In this document: positions 1 through 9,005 of the stretch, piece by piece
Numbering within the stretch: position 1 is the first letter of the stretch
Layout of the letters: the number at the start of each line of letters is the position of its first letter
Source of the DNA: Fibrobacter sp. UBA4373
GTDB taxonomy: Bacteria > Fibrobacterota > Fibrobacteria > Fibrobacterales > Fibrobacteraceae
DNA length: 64,000 nucleotides
Direction of reading: 5' to 3'
NCBI GenBank assembly: GCA_002390045.1
Contig: DGSB01000061.1
Location: 5,361 to 69,360 of the forward strand
The notes under the pieces: model-generated
What the model was told of the DNA's origin: nothing
The model's database searches: none
The model's input: only the letters and a program-made list of their open reading frames with translations
Program-made: the position numbers and the translations under genes

Positions 1-357
1 TTCAAAGCTGTCAAAGGTTCCTCCGTAACTACGCGCAGTCGCCAAGATTCTGCCTTTGCCCGCCGTTACATTCAAAAGCGCATAAGTTACGGCAGCCATT
101 CCCGAAGAAAGCGTGACCGCCCCAGTGGCACCCGGATGCAAAGCCGTCAATCGAGCATCCAAAACATCGGTTGTCGGATTCGAAAGACGCGTATAAAGCG
201 ATTCTGCGCTGTCAAAATAAAACAGGTCATCGCTGCGTTTGACGGTTTCAAGCGTAAAAGCCGTTGTCTGGTAAATCGGCACAGAAACCGCATGATTGTG
301 TTCTGCCGGATTATAACCCGCATGCAATTTTAACGTATCAAAAGATAATTGAGACAT
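1..357 (-). CDS. O-acetylhomoserine/O-acetylserine sulfhydrylase (MetY-like), 5' part only; runs off the window
   Basis: Own translation MSQLSFDTLKLHAGYNP..VPIYQTTAF..YTRLSNPT..SSGMAAV..YGGT carries Cys/Met PLP-enzyme motifs; AGGAGGT SD upstream; not in the ORF track. Confidence 0.88.
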   Translation of the reverse strand, partial: MSQLSFDTLKLHAGYNPAEHNHAVSVPIYQTTAFTLETVKRSDDLFYFDSAESLYTRLSNPTTDVLDARLTALHPGATGAVTLSSGMAAVTYALLNVTAGKGRILATARSYGGTFDSFE

Positions 358-366
358 GCACACCTC

Positions 367-1728
367 CTAAACCAAGCCGTCGGCATATTCCGAAATGGCC
401 TTGTCTAAGCGTTCAAAAATTTCATTGATTTGCGATTCTGTTATAATCAGCGGAGGCGCCACAAGAATCGTGGAGCCGCCACCCATTGTAAGGATACCGT
501 ATTCGTTACGAAGCTTGGCGATGAAATTTCCAAGGAAAGGTTCACCAGCCGCATTCTTGCGAATCACATCCTTGTGATCCTTGCTGTAGCTAAATTCAAT
601 CGCACCGAACAATCCTACCGATCGCACATCGCCCACAGACGGATGTTTTTCCTTCAGATTCGCGAGCTTCCTTTTCAACACCGGTTCCAACTTTTTCACG
701 TTTGCCTGAACATCCAAGCGGAAATACTCTTCAATGCAAGCAATCGCAGCTGCCACACCCAGCGGATGCGCATTATAAGTAAGCCCTGCTGTAAAAGCAT
801 TTTGCTCATAATAATCCGCAATTTTTTCGCTAATGAGAACGCCTCCAAGCGGGGCATAAGCGCTATTGACACCCTTTGCAAACGTAATCAGATCCGGTTC
901 CACACCTTCATTTTGGCACGCGAACCATTCCCCTGTCCGAAGGAATCCGCTCATGACTTCATCGCAGACAAGGAGAATCCCATACTTATCGCAGATCTTG
1001 CGAACGCCCTGTAAATATCCCTTCGGATAAAGATACACGCCATTAGAACCCGTGACCGATTCAATGAAAATTGCCGCCACGGTTTCTGGGCATTCCTGCT
1101 GAATTTGATATTCCAGGCGAGAAAGAAAATGCGCAGTCGCTTCTTCTTCATTCTTAAAATGGATATCATAGCCATAAAGATGCGGTGCAGGATATTTGAT
1201 AAATCCTGGAATCGTCGGGAAAAGCGAAGCGCGTTCACTTTCACCGGTTAGGCTTGAAGCTCCATACGTGCTACCGTGATAAGATTCGTACTTGGAAAAA
1301 ATCTTATCGCGCCCCGTAAAGGCTTTGACAAAACGAATCGCAAATTCATTCGCTTCGGAGCCTCCCAGCGTAAACAGCACCTTTTTCATATTCTTCGGTG
1401 CAATTTTTTCAATCAGCAATTCCGAAAGTTCGCCCGCTTCGGCAAATGCATGGCGCGGAGCAATATAGGCCAAGCGTTCAACCTGTTTTTGCACCGCTTC
1501 AATGATGTGGCGGTTATTAAAACCGATATTCACATTGACAAGTTCCGATGCGATGTCGATATATTCGCGACCTTCACCGTCGTAAACATAAACGCCATCT
1601 GCGTGATCTACAAAGAACGGCTTATAATCTTTATGGGGAGCGTTGGCAAAAGAGAAAAGATTGTACTTACGAGCCTTTTCATAAGAGCTTAAAATCGAGG
1701 ATTTTTCTAAAGTATTTGCATCTGACAT
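367..1728 (-). CDS. Class III PLP aminotransferase (taurine/omega-amine:pyruvate aminotransferase-like)
   Basis: GGSEANE, SYHGST, CDEVMSGFLRTG and DLITFAKG motifs; GGAG SD. Confidence 0.88.
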   Translation of the reverse strand: MSDANTLEKSSILSSYEKARKYNLFSFANAPHKDYKPFFVDHADGVYVYDGEGREYIDIASELVNVNIGFNNRHIIEAVQKQVERLAYIAPRHAFAEAGELSELLIEKIAPKNMKKVLFTLGGSEANEFAIRFVKAFTGRDKIFSKYESYHGSTYGASSLTGESERASLFPTIPGFIKYPAPHLYGYDIHFKNEEEATAHFLSRLEYQIQQECPETVAAIFIESVTGSNGVYLYPKGYLQGVRKICDKYGILLVCDEVMSGFLRTGEWFACQNEGVEPDLITFAKGVNSAYAPLGGVLISEKIADYYEQNAFTAGLTYNAHPLGVAAAIACIEEYFRLDVQANVKKLEPVLKRKLANLKEKHPSVGDVRSVGLFGAIEFSYSKDHKDVIRKNAAGEPFLGNFIAKLRNEYGILTMGGGSTILVAPPLIITESQINEIFERLDKAISEYADGLV

Positions 1729-1762
1729 TCTGTAATTCTCCGTTTTTTATTTGACTATGCCA

Positions 1763-1829
1763 AATATAGATGGAGCCTATTACACCGTCCAATACATTTA
1801 ATTTAGTTCTCGTTATCGATTTTTCTTAT
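1763..1829 (-). promoter_or_regulatory. Promoter (TTGGAC..TATATT) with an upstream 17-bp box, for the aminotransferase-metY unit
   Basis: Same layout repeated at 5307-5374 with an identical 20-bp gap between box and -35. Confidence 0.6.
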
Positions 1830-1877
1830 TACAGAAAATTTACACACAAATTAATTTATTACCTAATTGGTAATAAA

Positions 1878-2663
1878 TCAAATGATATATTCCGGAGCTG
1901 GGCTGGAACGGGCCAAATCAAAACGTTCCAGAATTTCTTTACGCATTTCTAAAAAATGTGCAGATCCACGATCCCGCGGAAACTCATCTCGAATATCCAA
2001 CACTTCGCTGATACGCCCAGGTCGCGGCGTCATAATCACAATCCGGTCCGAAAGATAAAGAGCTTCGTCAATATCGTGCGTTACAAGAATCATCGTTGTA
2101 TTCCGTTCTTTACGCAAATCCAAAAGCATATTTTGAATATCCGTACGCGTAAAGGAATCTAGCGCTCCCATCGGTTCATCGAGCAAAAGCACTTCAGGGT
2201 CATTGATTAACGCTCGGGCAATCGACACACGTTGGGCCATACCACCGCTAATCTGATGCGGAAAACTTTTTTCAAATCCAGAGAGACCGATCTTATCGAT
2301 AAATTTCTGAATACGATCTTTGTCCCTTTTAAAAACCTTGCGGACTTTTAAACCCGTCGCAATATTTTGTTCTACGGTCAGCCATGGGAAAAGACAACCT
2401 TGCTGAAATACGTATCCCCGTTTGGGATCCGGACCGCAGATAAGTTCCCCGCACAAATCGATAGATCCATCCGTCACAGGATCAAGCCCTGCAATCATGC
2501 GGAGAAGCGTCGTTTTTCCGCATCCTGAAGATCCTAAGATCGAAACAAATTCTCCTCGATATACCGAAAGATAAATATCCTTTAAAACCTGCTTCGAAAT
2601 TCCCGTGTGTTCATCTGTAAAAAATCTTTGTACATTCTGTATCGAAAGAATCTTTCTTGACAT
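1878..2663 (-). CDS. NitT/TauT-family ABC transporter ATPase (TauB/SsuB-like)
   Basis: GSSGCGKTT, ISGGMAQR, LLLDEP, VTHD; start moved to MSRKIL after a GAGGT SD. Confidence 0.92.
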   Translation of the reverse strand: MSRKILSIQNVQRFFTDEHTGISKQVLKDIYLSVYRGEFVSILGSSGCGKTTLLRMIAGLDPVTDGSIDLCGELICGPDPKRGYVFQQGCLFPWLTVEQNIATGLKVRKVFKRDKDRIQKFIDKIGLSGFEKSFPHQISGGMAQRVSIARALINDPEVLLLDEPMGALDSFTRTDIQNMLLDLRKERNTTMILVTHDIDEALYLSDRIVIMTPRPGRISEVLDIRDEFPRDRGSAHFLEMRKEILERFDLARSSPAPEYII

Positions 2664-2665
2664 TT

Positions 2666-3616
2666 TTACCTCACCACACCTTTTTGCCAACGCAGAACGT
2701 AACTTTGGATCAAGCTTACCCCTTTTAAGATTAAGCTGAAAAGGATCGCCATGACAATAATCGCCGCAAAAACTTTATAATAGGCGCTCCAGACTTTAGA
2801 CGTATTGATGTAATATCCAAGACCTCCCGGCTGCCCCATCATTTCCGCCATCACTAAAGTGGTAAAGCTAAAGGCGGCAGCCGTCGTAATGCCCGTAAAA
2901 ATCTGCGGCATTGAATGCGGGATCGCCACATGCAAAACTTGGTAAAGACCGTTCGCCCCAAACGTTCTGACGACTTCAAAATGCGACTTGGGCGTACTCT
3001 GCACCCCTTCCGCAGTCATCGCCGCCACAGGGAACCAAGAGCAAATCGCAATCAAAAATGTCGCCGCCGAAAAAGACGTCGGAAAAAGCGTCAAAGCAAA
3101 AGGCATCCAAGCCACCGCCGGAATCACACCGCTAATATTCAGAACCGGAGTCACCCAATAACGCACCTTCGGAAACCATCCTATCAAAATTCCTGTCAAA
3201 ATTCCACTCAACACTCCCGTCGAAAAACCCGCTGAAAAAAGTCGCAACGAATAAAGCGTATTCTGCCAAATAAAAGGACCATCTTCCAAAAAGGCGCCCA
3301 TGATTACTGCCGGCCCAGGGAAAAATGGCTGAGGCAAAATACTCAGTTTTGTTCCTAAAACATCCCACAACGCAAGAGCAATCCCAACCGCAAAACGAAA
3401 TTGGGAGCGAGAATCTTTTTTCCATTTAGAGCAAAATGCTTTCAATACATAAAAAGCCATCAGAAGCAGCAAAACCGCCCGATACGCCAAATTTCCATCC
3501 ACACTTACATTCCAAAGCAATACGGTTTTCAAACGAACACCGTCAGCCATCTGCGGAAAATACAGATTCGTCAAGAATGCAATGCCAAAACCTAATACTG
3601 TCAGAATCAAGCTCAT
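2666..3616 (-). CDS. NitT/TauT-family ABC permease (TauC/SsuC-like)
   Basis: Multiple TM segments, IPAVAWMP, AEMMG..GLGYYI. Confidence 0.88.
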   Translation of the reverse strand: MSLILTVLGFGIAFLTNLYFPQMADGVRLKTVLLWNVSVDGNLAYRAVLLLLMAFYVLKAFCSKWKKDSRSQFRFAVGIALALWDVLGTKLSILPQPFFPGPAVIMGAFLEDGPFIWQNTLYSLRLFSAGFSTGVLSGILTGILIGWFPKVRYWVTPVLNISGVIPAVAWMPFALTLFPTSFSAATFLIAICSWFPVAAMTAEGVQSTPKSHFEVVRTFGANGLYQVLHVAIPHSMPQIFTGITTAAAFSFTTLVMAEMMGQPGGLGYYINTSKVWSAYYKVFAAIIVMAILFSLILKGVSLIQSYVLRWQKGVVR

Positions 3617-3678
3617 TTTCCTTTCTATCCATAAAAGGAAAGCGCCCTAACGGGCGCTTTCATCAAGAGACCCAAACG

Positions 3679-4701
3679 TTACTTGTTCAAATCCACTTCT
3701 TCGTAAAGATCCTTCACAAATTGATCCGAGTCTTTCGTCAGGTAGCCGATTTGATGCAGTTTTTCGCTGAAGTAACGCAAATCCCCTTTCACATCGCGCC
3801 CCAGTTTTTGTTTCTGTTGCTGAGATGCGTAAGAGTACGATTTCACGAGTTCTACAGCCAAAGACTTGTCTTCGATTTCTGAATACTTGCCTTCTGCCGT
3901 AATGTCCACCGCTTCTTCCGGATGTTCTGCAATCCAAGCTTCCGCCTTGTGAATCGCGCGGAGGAGTGCCGCAATCTTTTCTGGATTTTCGTGGAGGACT
4001 TTTGCCGAAACATAAATGAAGCAGCAATAGCGTCCATCAAAAACCGGGTCTGTCGCTACATCCATGATGACTTTCGCATTTCCTGCCTTTTCATAGGCGG
4101 AAGCGAGAGGATCCCAAATCGCAGCGGCATCGATTTGACCCTGGGAAAGCGCTTCCAAAGCAAGGTTGCCATCCGCATAAGGAAGGAACTGAACTTCGCC
4201 ATCTTCCGGCTTCGTCGACACTCCGCCGACGGAAAGCCAAAGGCTCACCGCCTGATGCGGGGTACCGCCGATTTCGTCTACGGCAATTTTCTTTCCTTTC
4301 AAATCCGTCGCCTTCGCAAACGGGGAATCCTTTCTGACAAGAAGTTTGATACAGCCGATATGAATGCCGTCAACGATCTTGATATCGACACCATTTTCTA
4401 TCGCCTGGAAAAACTGGAAGTCCGAATTCGTCAAAGGATACGTTCCCTTGCTAAGCCCGAGTTTTCGAGTTTCCCCATCGGCGGCAATCAATTTGGCATC
4501 AAAGCCTTCTTCGGCAAAAAAGCCTTTTTCCTTTGCAACAAAGAAAGGAATCCCGCACAAGGCACCGTCCAAAACAGGAAGCTCTACAGTTCCAAACTTG
4601 TACTGGGAACTTTCCGTTTTTTCTCCGTCACAGGCCCCCGTCAACAGGGCAAACCCAAACGCGACAGCAACGGTAAGGATAATTTTTAATTTTCCATTCA
4701 T
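3679..4701 (-). CDS. NitT/TauT-family ABC substrate-binding lipoprotein
   Basis: Lipobox TGAC, AKEKGFFAEEG, DLKGKKIAV, DAAAIWDP; start taken at MNGKLK. Confidence 0.87.
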   Translation of the reverse strand: MNGKLKIILTVAVAFGFALLTGACDGEKTESSQYKFGTVELPVLDGALCGIPFFVAKEKGFFAEEGFDAKLIAADGETRKLGLSKGTYPLTNSDFQFFQAIENGVDIKIVDGIHIGCIKLLVRKDSPFAKATDLKGKKIAVDEIGGTPHQAVSLWLSVGGVSTKPEDGEVQFLPYADGNLALEALSQGQIDAAAIWDPLASAYEKAGNAKVIMDVATDPVFDGRYCCFIYVSAKVLHENPEKIAALLRAIHKAEAWIAEHPEEAVDITAEGKYSEIEDKSLAVELVKSYSYASQQQKQKLGRDVKGDLRYFSEKLHQIGYLTKDSDQFVKDLYEEVDLNK

Positions 4702-4702
4702 C

Positions 4703-5260
4703 TTATTTAATATCCTTACGCCAAGTGGCCGGCTTAAATTCATCCTTGATCGGAAGCAAACGCTTATCGACGTCAATCTTCAAAACAGAATTGAAGTTAT
4801 TCGTCGCGATCATCTGGGCGGCAAAGCCGACAATCGTCACGATTTCAGAGTCGTTGTAGAATTTGCGCAATTCTTCAAAGTAAGAATCCGGAACCGCAGT
4901 CGGGTCCTTCACAATCTGGCGAGCCAATTTCACCAAAATCGTTTCCTGTTCGGTCGTTTCGAACTGGTTCGGATCAATGCCCAAAGCCTTCAAATCGCTA
5001 ATGAAAAAGAGCGAGCAAAGCTGGCAGCTGTTCGTCGTCGAAACCGCATGCGCGTAAACCGTTGCCGCGCGGAGTCCGATAATTTCGACCAAGCGAGCCC
5101 AGCTCGTATACCAACCCATGAAAGCATCATAAGTCGCATAATCCTGCAACAAGGCGCGTTTCATGTTCGTGATTTTTCCTGCGTCCACAAGCTTTTCGTA
5201 TGCTTCTTTTGCCTTACCCTGAGCGTCTTCGACCGATTCAATAAACTTTACTCTTGCCAT
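4703..5260 (-). CDS. AhpD/carboxymuconolactone decarboxylase-family protein
   Basis: AVSTTNSCQLC CxxC helix; LRKFYNDSEIV..ATNNFN C-terminus; AGGAG SD. Confidence 0.75.
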   Translation of the reverse strand: MARVKFIESVEDAQGKAKEAYEKLVDAGKITNMKRALLQDYATYDAFMGWYTSWARLVEIIGLRAATVYAHAVSTTNSCQLCSLFFISDLKALGIDPNQFETTEQETILVKLARQIVKDPTAVPDSYFEELRKFYNDSEIVTIVGFAAQMIATNNFNSVLKIDVDKRLLPIKDEFKPATWRKDIK

Positions 5261-5306
5261 ATTCAGTGAACTCCTTTGGTGCCAAGCACCGTTTGTTTTT
5301 GCGCTA

Positions 5307-5374
5307 AATATAGACGGAACTTATAAGGGACGTCCAATATTATCTTTTTATGCCCCCTTATCACTTTTTCTTAT
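5307..5374 (-). promoter_or_regulatory. Promoter with an upstream 17-bp box for the AhpD-ABC operon
   Basis: Minus strand ATAAGAAAAAGTGATAA-N20-TTGGAC-N19-TATATT; box matches the one at 1813-1829 at 15/17. Confidence 0.6.
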
Positions 5375-5427
5375 AAGCATTTTTATTTTCCCAAAACAAC
5401 GCTGTCGATTTATGTTAAATTGTAAGC

Positions 5428-5835
5428 ATGATCGTATCTACACGAGGTCGTTACGCATTACGGGTTATGATTGACCTTGCTGAACAAGACGGAGAAAATT
5501 TTATTCCGCTCAAGGACATCATTTCTCGCCAAGGTATTTCACAAAAATATGTGGAAGCCATTATGACGGTTTTATCGAAAGCTGGCCTTGTCGAAGCCAT
5601 GCGCGGAAAATCCGGAGGCTACCGCTTAAATAGACCTGCCAAGGATTACGCGGTCGGAGATATTTTGCGGGCAACGGAAGGGACTCTCGCCCCAGTCGCC
5701 TGCCTCGAAGACGATGCCGCTCCTTGCAAGCATTCAAGCTACTGCAAAACGCTTCCCCTTTGGACAGAGCTGAATCATATCGTCGAATCCTTCCTCGACA
5801 GCGTTTCTTTAGCCGATCTCATCCAAAAACGGTAA
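5428..5835 (+). CDS. Rrf2-family regulator (CymR/IscR-like)
   Basis: STRGRYALRVMIDLA, RGKSGGYRL, C-x7-C-x5-C. Confidence 0.92.
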   Translation: MIVSTRGRYALRVMIDLAEQDGENFIPLKDIISRQGISQKYVEAIMTVLSKAGLVEAMRGKSGGYRLNRPAKDYAVGDILRATEGTLAPVACLEDDAAPCKHSSYCKTLPLWTELNHIVESFLDSVSLADLIQKR

Positions 5836-5903
5836 TGACTAAATAAGAAATTTTGGCGGTTTCTTCGTCTTGCTCAAAGCCTAAAATTTTATTAAAGTTG
5901 GCG

Positions 5904-5968
5904 CAGAAACTCCCTCTCTACATGACAGTTTCCTGTCAAAAAGGCTCGCAGTCCTGCGAGCCTTTTTT
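5904..5968 (+). ncRNA. Candidate ~65-nt small RNA
   Basis: TTGCTC-17-TAAAGT promoter (5870-5898), CU-rich tract, TGACAG/CTGTCA hairpin, then a terminator. Confidence 0.35.
5938..5968. terminator. Bidirectional intrinsic terminator
   Basis: AAAAAGGCTCGCA-gtcc-TGCGAGCCTTTTTT between convergent genes. Confidence 0.85.
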
Positions 5969-6004
5969 CTTTATCAAGGAGGAAATTTTTGACCTAGCGA
6001 ACCT

Positions 6005-6772
6005 TTACAGGGAATGCAGATTGCTCACAAAATTACGGCTCACCGGAATCGTCGAGCCATCTTTGTCATGCAGCTTAATGGTAAAATGTCCATTCGGCAA
6101 ACGTTGATATTCCGAAATCGCATCGATTGCAATCAAATGCGCACGGTGAACGCGCACAAACTGCCCCGGATCCAAGCGTTTTTCCAAGTCCACGAGTGGC
6201 GTACTGATAATGAATTTTCCATTCGAAGCGTAAACCGTCGTATATTTTTCTTCGCTTTGGAATCGAAAAACATTTTCGATGGGAATCACAATCGTACGAT
6301 CGCCGATCTTCGCCTGGATTCTTCGCAGATAAGGCTGTTTTAAATCCGGAGACCGATCCAAAATCTGCTGCATCACTGGAGCCGAATCCATTTCGCCCGA
6401 GCATACTTTGCCTAGGCGGCGAATTTTTTCCATGCAAACCTTTAAACGCTCTTCTTCGATCGGCTTCAAAAGGTAGTCAATCGTATCTTCCGCAAAGGCT
6501 TTGATTGCGTACTCATCATAGGCTGTCGTAAAAACGACCAGAGAATCTTCTTCGTCGTCCACTTTCTTTAACACATCAAAGCCCGTCATGTCGGGCATTT
6601 GAATGTCCAAAAAGAGAACATCCGGATGAAGTTCTCGGATTTTTGTTACCGCTTCTTCGCCTGTACTCGCTTCCCCGACAATTTCTACCAGGTCCGCATA
6701 AGGTTCCAAAAGCTTGCGCATTCTCATGCGGGCAAGTGGTTCATCATCTACGATCAAAGTCTTAAATTGCAT
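6005..6772 (-). CDS. LytTR-family response regulator
   Basis: IVDDEPLAR, FLDIQMP, FTTAYDEYA, DYLLKP, FVRVHRA, PVSR; start taken at MQFKT. Confidence 0.93.
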   Translation of the reverse strand: MQFKTLIVDDEPLARMRMRKLLEPYADLVEIVGEASTGEEAVTKIRELHPDVLFLDIQMPDMTGFDVLKKVDDEEDSLVVFTTAYDEYAIKAFAEDTIDYLLKPIEEERLKVCMEKIRRLGKVCSGEMDSAPVMQQILDRSPDLKQPYLRRIQAKIGDRTIVIPIENVFRFQSEEKYTTVYASNGKFIISTPLVDLEKRLDPGQFVRVHRAHLIAIDAISEYQRLPNGHFTIKLHDKDGSTIPVSRNFVSNLHSL

Positions 6773-6812
6773 ACTTTGAATATACAAATCACTTACCCAA
6801 AACGATCCAAAA

Positions 6813-8165
6813 TCAGAGCAATCCTTGGATAAAAACAATCAAAATCAGGATAGGAAGCACAAAACGGAAATAATTTTTAAGCCAATATGGGATCTTAAAA
6901 CCTCTTCCCTTGTTCGCTTCGGCGATATAATTATCAAATCCCCAGCCCCATTTGGTGACGCAGAAGAGGACATAAACCAAAGATCCGAGCGGGAGCAAGA
7001 AGTTCGACACGATAAAATCTTCGGAATCGAGAACGTCTTTGTCCCCAATAATATGCAGACCGCTCCAGACATTATACCCGAGCGCGCAGGGGATCGATGT
7101 AATCAAAACGATGATAAAGCACACGAGCGTCGCCTTGCGCCGTGTCCATTTGAAATCATCCAAAAATCCAGACATCAGATTTTCAAACACAGCCAAAACA
7201 GTCGACATGCTTGCAAAAATCATAAAGAGGAAGAACGCGGCACCCCAGAAACGACCTCCCGACATATTCATAAATACGCGCGGAAGCGTCAAAAAGATCA
7301 AGCTTGGGCCAGCGTCCGGCTGGACGCCATAAGCAAAACATGCGGGGAAAATGATCAAGCCCGAAATCAAAGCCACCATCGTATCCAGAACACAGATTCG
7401 AAGGGCTTCTCCACCAAGCGTATACTTATCGGACGTATAAGAGCCAAAGATTTCCATTGCGGCAACACCGAGCGAAAGCGTAAAGAACGCCTGGTTCATC
7501 GCAGCCGAAATCACCTTTCCCAAGCCTTGGTTTTGAATGTTTTCAAGGCTCGGTACCAAATAGAACGAAAGGCCTTCCGTTGCACCCGGCAAAAGAACGC
7601 TATGCACGCCCAGTCCCACGATCAAAATCAAAAGTCCAAGCATCATCCATTTGGTAACCACTTCCAGTCCTTTTTGAACGCCAAAGCTATTCACCAAAAA
7701 GCCGAGCACAACCGTGATCAACATACAGCCAACAACCTGCATCGGGTCCGAAAGCATCGTGCCAAACACATTTGAAACTTCCGATGTCGGAATTTTTTCA
7801 AAAGTTCCATTCACGAACTTCCAAAAATAGTTGAACATCCAACCGGCTACAGTCGTATAATACATCATCAAAAGCAAGCAGCCCAAGAAGCAGACATAGC
7901 CGTGCAAATGCCATTTGGATCCTTTAGGTTCAAGAGTTCGATATCCCGAAACCGCAGAACGCTTGGACGCTCGGCCCACCGCGAGTTCCATCGTCAGTAC
8001 AGGAGCTCCCATCAAAATCAAAAAGAGAATGTAAAACAGCACAAAGAAGCCGCCGCCATTTTGGCCGACTAAAAACGGGAACTTCCAAACGTTGCCGATA
8101 CCAATTGCGCACCCCGCCGAAACGAGTAAAAATCCTGCACGCGATTTAAAACCTTCTCTAGCCAT
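6813..8165 (-). CDS. Sodium:neurotransmitter symporter (NSS/SNF) family transporter
   Basis: AGCAIGIGNVWKFP, QAFFTLSLG, GPSLIF; start at MAREGF. Confidence 0.93.
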   Translation of the reverse strand: MAREGFKSRAGFLLVSAGCAIGIGNVWKFPFLVGQNGGGFFVLFYILFLILMGAPVLTMELAVGRASKRSAVSGYRTLEPKGSKWHLHGYVCFLGCLLLMMYYTTVAGWMFNYFWKFVNGTFEKIPTSEVSNVFGTMLSDPMQVVGCMLITVVLGFLVNSFGVQKGLEVVTKWMMLGLLILIVGLGVHSVLLPGATEGLSFYLVPSLENIQNQGLGKVISAAMNQAFFTLSLGVAAMEIFGSYTSDKYTLGGEALRICVLDTMVALISGLIIFPACFAYGVQPDAGPSLIFLTLPRVFMNMSGGRFWGAAFFLFMIFASMSTVLAVFENLMSGFLDDFKWTRRKATLVCFIIVLITSIPCALGYNVWSGLHIIGDKDVLDSEDFIVSNFLLPLGSLVYVLFCVTKWGWGFDNYIAEANKGRGFKIPYWLKNYFRFVLPILILIVFIQGLL

Positions 8166-8172
8166 TTGTTCC

Positions 8173-8967
8173 TCACTTGAGCATTTGCACAAATTGATTG
8201 TGCAAAATTCCATTGCTGAATAAAACCTGTTCGCCATCTACAAAACGGATCGGGCTGCCGTCCAAATCGGTCGCCTTGCCGCCCGCCTCTTCCACCAGAA
8301 GAGCAATGGCGGCGATGTCCCACGGATAGCTCATGGTCATCACAAAGCCGTCGAGCGAGCCTTGAGCGGTAAAAGCGCCTTCGATGACCGCACTGCCGTA
8401 GCATTTGACACGGGTGCAGTTTTCTGCTTCGCGCTTAAAATTCTTTAAATTCTGCGCATTGATTTTTGCCCAGTCACCGACGTTAAAATCTCCGTTCGAA
8501 ACGATTGCCTTCGAAAGATCGTCGACCACACTCACATGCACACGTTCCCCATTGGCAAACGTTCCGCTGCCCTTGCAAGCGGTAAACAATTTTCCGAGAG
8601 CGGGAAGATTCACTACGGCGACAATCGGTTTTGCGCCTTCAGCTGTGTTTTCCACAAGTGCAATCGAAATTCCCCACAGCGGAATCCCGCGACTAAAATT
8701 CACCGTTCCGTCTACAGGATCGATGATCCATTCATAACGGGATCCTTCTTTTACATGGCCCGCTTCTTCCGTGCGAATGGAATGCTCCGGAAATTCATTT
8801 TGAATATGGGAAACAATCATTCTTTCGCTTTCAAAATCAGCAGCCGTCACCACATCTTTGGGAGTTTTGAATTTGATGCTTCCGAGATGCTTTTGCATGG
8901 CGAGCGCAGAGGCACCCGCTTCCATCGCCCAAGATTTGGCTCTTTCTAAAATATCCTCTAATTCCAT
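8173..8967 (-). CDS. Inositol monophosphatase family (SuhB-like)
   Basis: DVVTAAD, WIIDPVDGTVNF, PWDIAA. Confidence 0.92.
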   Translation of the reverse strand: MELEDILERAKSWAMEAGASALAMQKHLGSIKFKTPKDVVTAADFESERMIVSHIQNEFPEHSIRTEEAGHVKEGSRYEWIIDPVDGTVNFSRGIPLWGISIALVENTAEGAKPIVAVVNLPALGKLFTACKGSGTFANGERVHVSVVDDLSKAIVSNGDFNVGDWAKINAQNLKNFKREAENCTRVKCYGSAVIEGAFTAQGSLDGFVMTMSYPWDIAAIALLVEEAGGKATDLDGSPIRFVDGEQVLFSNGILHNQFVQMLK

Positions 8968-9005
8968 AATTTAAATTTAGGTATAAAATTTCTAGATTTT
9001 GGCTT

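Noticed and set aside
5261-5427. SAM riboswitch or T-box ahead of the sulfur operon
   Set aside because: Leaders are short and lack the conserved motifs; promoter and operator explain the region
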